This document shows, piece by piece, positions 61,514-64,000 of a stretch of DNA of 64,000 nt. Where the stretch lies: the NCBI GenBank assembly GCA_964234715.1, contig OZ174278.1; one strand, written 5' to 3'. Source of the DNA: Podarcis melisellensis. Taxonomy: Eukaryota. The position numbers and the translations under genes were made by a program. Positions within the stretch are counted from its first letter, which is position 1, and each line of letters starts with the position of its first letter. The notes under the pieces are model-generated. The model ran no database searches. It saw only the letters and a program-made list of their open reading frames with translations, and was not told the origin of the DNA.

Positions 61514-62972
61514 AGGTAGAGAGAGGTGGCTGCTTTGGGCAACTGATCTGGGTGTCACAAAAGAACAGCAAATTGTGAGTTAATACATGTATTATTAATT
61601 TTCCCCACGTAAAGGAACTTGTGGGATTTTCTGCCTCCATCTCTGAAGGATTAAAATTTAAGAGGGCACCCAAGTACTTTGTGGCTACTCAGGGTGATTC
61701 AACAACAGTATTTGGTCATGCCTCATGTAGAGTTGAAGTAGCATCCCTGCCTTGCTCCATGTAGTAATTGCTGCAATGTTCATAATGCAGAATCCGTGTG
61801 TGCTAAGTCTTACCTGTCTTTCCCCACCCTTTTCATTGTGTCGCATTTTTATTTATCTTTTGCCAGGCTAAGTAAAAAGAGGGGGTGGAGTGGAAGGGCC
61901 TTTCCAATGCAAAATAAGGACCCGTTGCACTAGGAGAATAAACTGGGCACATAATGACAAACACGTTTTGTTTTAATCCTTTCATCTCCTTCTTTAGCTC
62001 CTTTTTGTTTCAGCTGCCATAAACACTTGCTGTGAAGCCAATGTTCTGTTCTGAAAAGATCCCTGCTCCCCCATCCCCCGTTTTATTTTATTTTTTTATT
62101 TTTTTGGTATTCCTCTCATTTCTGTTGAAACATGACACTCAAATTGGAGATAGGAGCAGAGATCAGCAAACCCTGTCAGCTCTTGTCAACCTAGGTGTAA
62201 CAGTGTGATCTTCTTAAATTGCTGCTAATCTGCCAAAAATCTCTTTTATCTGCAGTCTCCATCATGCTGTTTGCTCACATTTGGTTAACACTTTAAATTT
62301 CCCTTTTGGAGGTGTCACTGTTAGCCATTTAGTAACTAAGAAGAACTGTGAGAGCAGCTTAAAGCGCATGGATTTGGGAAGCTAGAAAAGCTGATTAGCT
62401 ATTCAGGGAGAATAATCTTATTGAAAGTAGTAAGAGCTGTATAAAGAATGCTTTTCCCTTTCCCCATAACAATCTTCTAATTATGTTGTCAAGCTTGCTG
62501 TCGTGTTCTCCCCCTGTGCCATTAAGGAAACCATTTTCTATGTTAAAAAAGAGATTTCCAGATCGTGATGATGTTTTGCTGATTTTTTTTTATTGTTTAA
62601 AGAATCTGTGTGTATTAAACCAAACATTAAAAAATGATTCATCTGCAGCATAATTATCTGAGATGAGGAGCTCAAGGTAAGGGTGCTGGGGAGAGAAGCA
62701 AGGAGGGGTGTGTGTGTGATGGGTGGGATTAGTATTTCACATAAGTGTAAAGGGTTTTCACCTTAATGGCTGGGTTCTGAATCTAGCAGGCATCTTTGCA
62801 GCTGAAAAGCAGTCATAAATCAATAGCAGAGCCTGGGGTCAGTAGCAAGGCCAACAGATCACCCTCTGAGGCCCTTCTTTGTGTGGACCTCACTTCTACG
62901 AGAGGTACAGAGGGTCACAACACAAGAACGGGCCTTTTCTGCAGTGGCTCCCCATTTGTGGAATGGGGGTTC

Positions 62973-63080
62973 AGAGGTTGAGTGGCCATCTCTCATGGAT
63001 GCTTTAGCTGAATTTCCTACATTTCAGGAGTTGCACTAGAAACATGACCCTAGGGGTCCCATCCAGCTCTGTGATTCTGT
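62973..63080 (+). mobile_element. CR1 3' end remnant
   Basis: AGAGGTTGAGTGGCCATCTCTCATGGATGCTTTAGCTGA...GGTCCCATCCAGCTCTGTGATTCTG, similar to 24635-24733. Confidence 0.65.
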
Positions 63081-63225
63081 TTTTCTGCTTCAATAATATT
63101 TCATTATGTTCCTATCATTTTATGCAATTGTATTTTGTATAAGTTATTATATATATATGACATGTTCTATTTACAAACAAAACATTTAAATAGCTACTTT
63201 TCTATCGGTAGGATGGGATTAGAAT

Positions 63226-63354
63226 CATGGGCGTATCCAAGATTTTTGTTGGGGCAGGGCAGGCTTTTGTTACGGGAGCCAGAACCTCAGATTTGTATTG
63301 ATTTGTATTGATTTTTTCTTATTTGTCCCCGGTCCCCACTTGGCTTTGTCCATG
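63226..63354. mobile_element. Short MITE
   Basis: Inverted ends CATGGGCGTATCCAAG / CTTGGCTTTGTCCATG; no TSD seen. Confidence 0.5.
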
Positions 63355-64000
63355 GGTGTGCACAGGAGGGAACAAGGTCAGAAGGGGGCCACGGTCAGAA
63401 AAGGGTTGGGAAACACTGATCTAGAAGATACCACTGGGCTAGCTCTGCTCTAGGATGAGCAAGAAACAGACCCTCCCCCCCCAAATAAAAGCAGGTGGAT
63501 GAAATGACAAAGTTGCAGAAGCAGGGTCTCATTGCCATCTGTTACCTTACAAAGCAAACAAGCAGCAATCCAGGACACAATGAAGTGGGGTCTAACCATG
63601 TCCCAAACACTGCAGCCTCTGAGTGAAAGAGATGGGCTGGCTACTATACAGAGATGCATATTTCTCCTTTATAAGTGAGGAACAGGTGCCTTTAAAGTGT
63701 GTTCAGCACAGAGATTGAGCTAAACTGGAATGAAGTTAACAATATGGTTGCATTCTTCTTCCACACTCTAAAATCGCATGCCCTGCAAGAACCACTTAAT
63801 TACTGGCCAATACAAAAACAGCAGCAAGGTAGAAGGTGATGGATGCTCCAAATAAAACAGAATATTATGGAAAATGTAGAATGCTTCGGAGCTTAAACCA
63901 CAAACTTGACAAGAATTAAAAATGAAAAGAAATTATTTACATAGGCATGTCCAGTCATAAAGGCAAACAGAGAGCAATAGTCAGGAATGCCAAAATCCCA

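Overview
This is eukaryotic DNA from a squamate, most likely a lacertid lizard. The assignment is inferred from the repeat content: Sauria SINEs, Bov-B LINE tails, a Squam3-like SINE, and L2 and CR1 fragments. The window looks intronic or intergenic. I recognise no host protein-coding exon, and almost all ORFs in the track are chance or repeat-derived. It contains many truncated retroelements (Bov-B/RTE, L2, CR1, Sauria and other tRNA-derived SINEs), hAT and Tc1/mariner-type MITEs with readable TIRs and TSDs, one solo LTR, microsatellites and three assembly gaps. The most notable structures are: (1) three fold-back Penelope-like insertions carrying minimal hammerhead-ribozyme motifs (41693-41926, 45247-45465, 47363-48188); (2) a 756-bp solo LTR almost filled by a ~196-codon acidic/basic reading frame broken only by one missing G (36241-36996); (3) nested insertions whose TSDs give the relative ages of the element families; (4) an unidentified 111-nt in-frame exon candidate on the minus strand (55386-55496); (5) several repeat-free, motif-rich blocks that may be conserved enhancers. 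Family names come from recognising sequence by eye, not from database searches, and the boundaries of old repeats are approximate.
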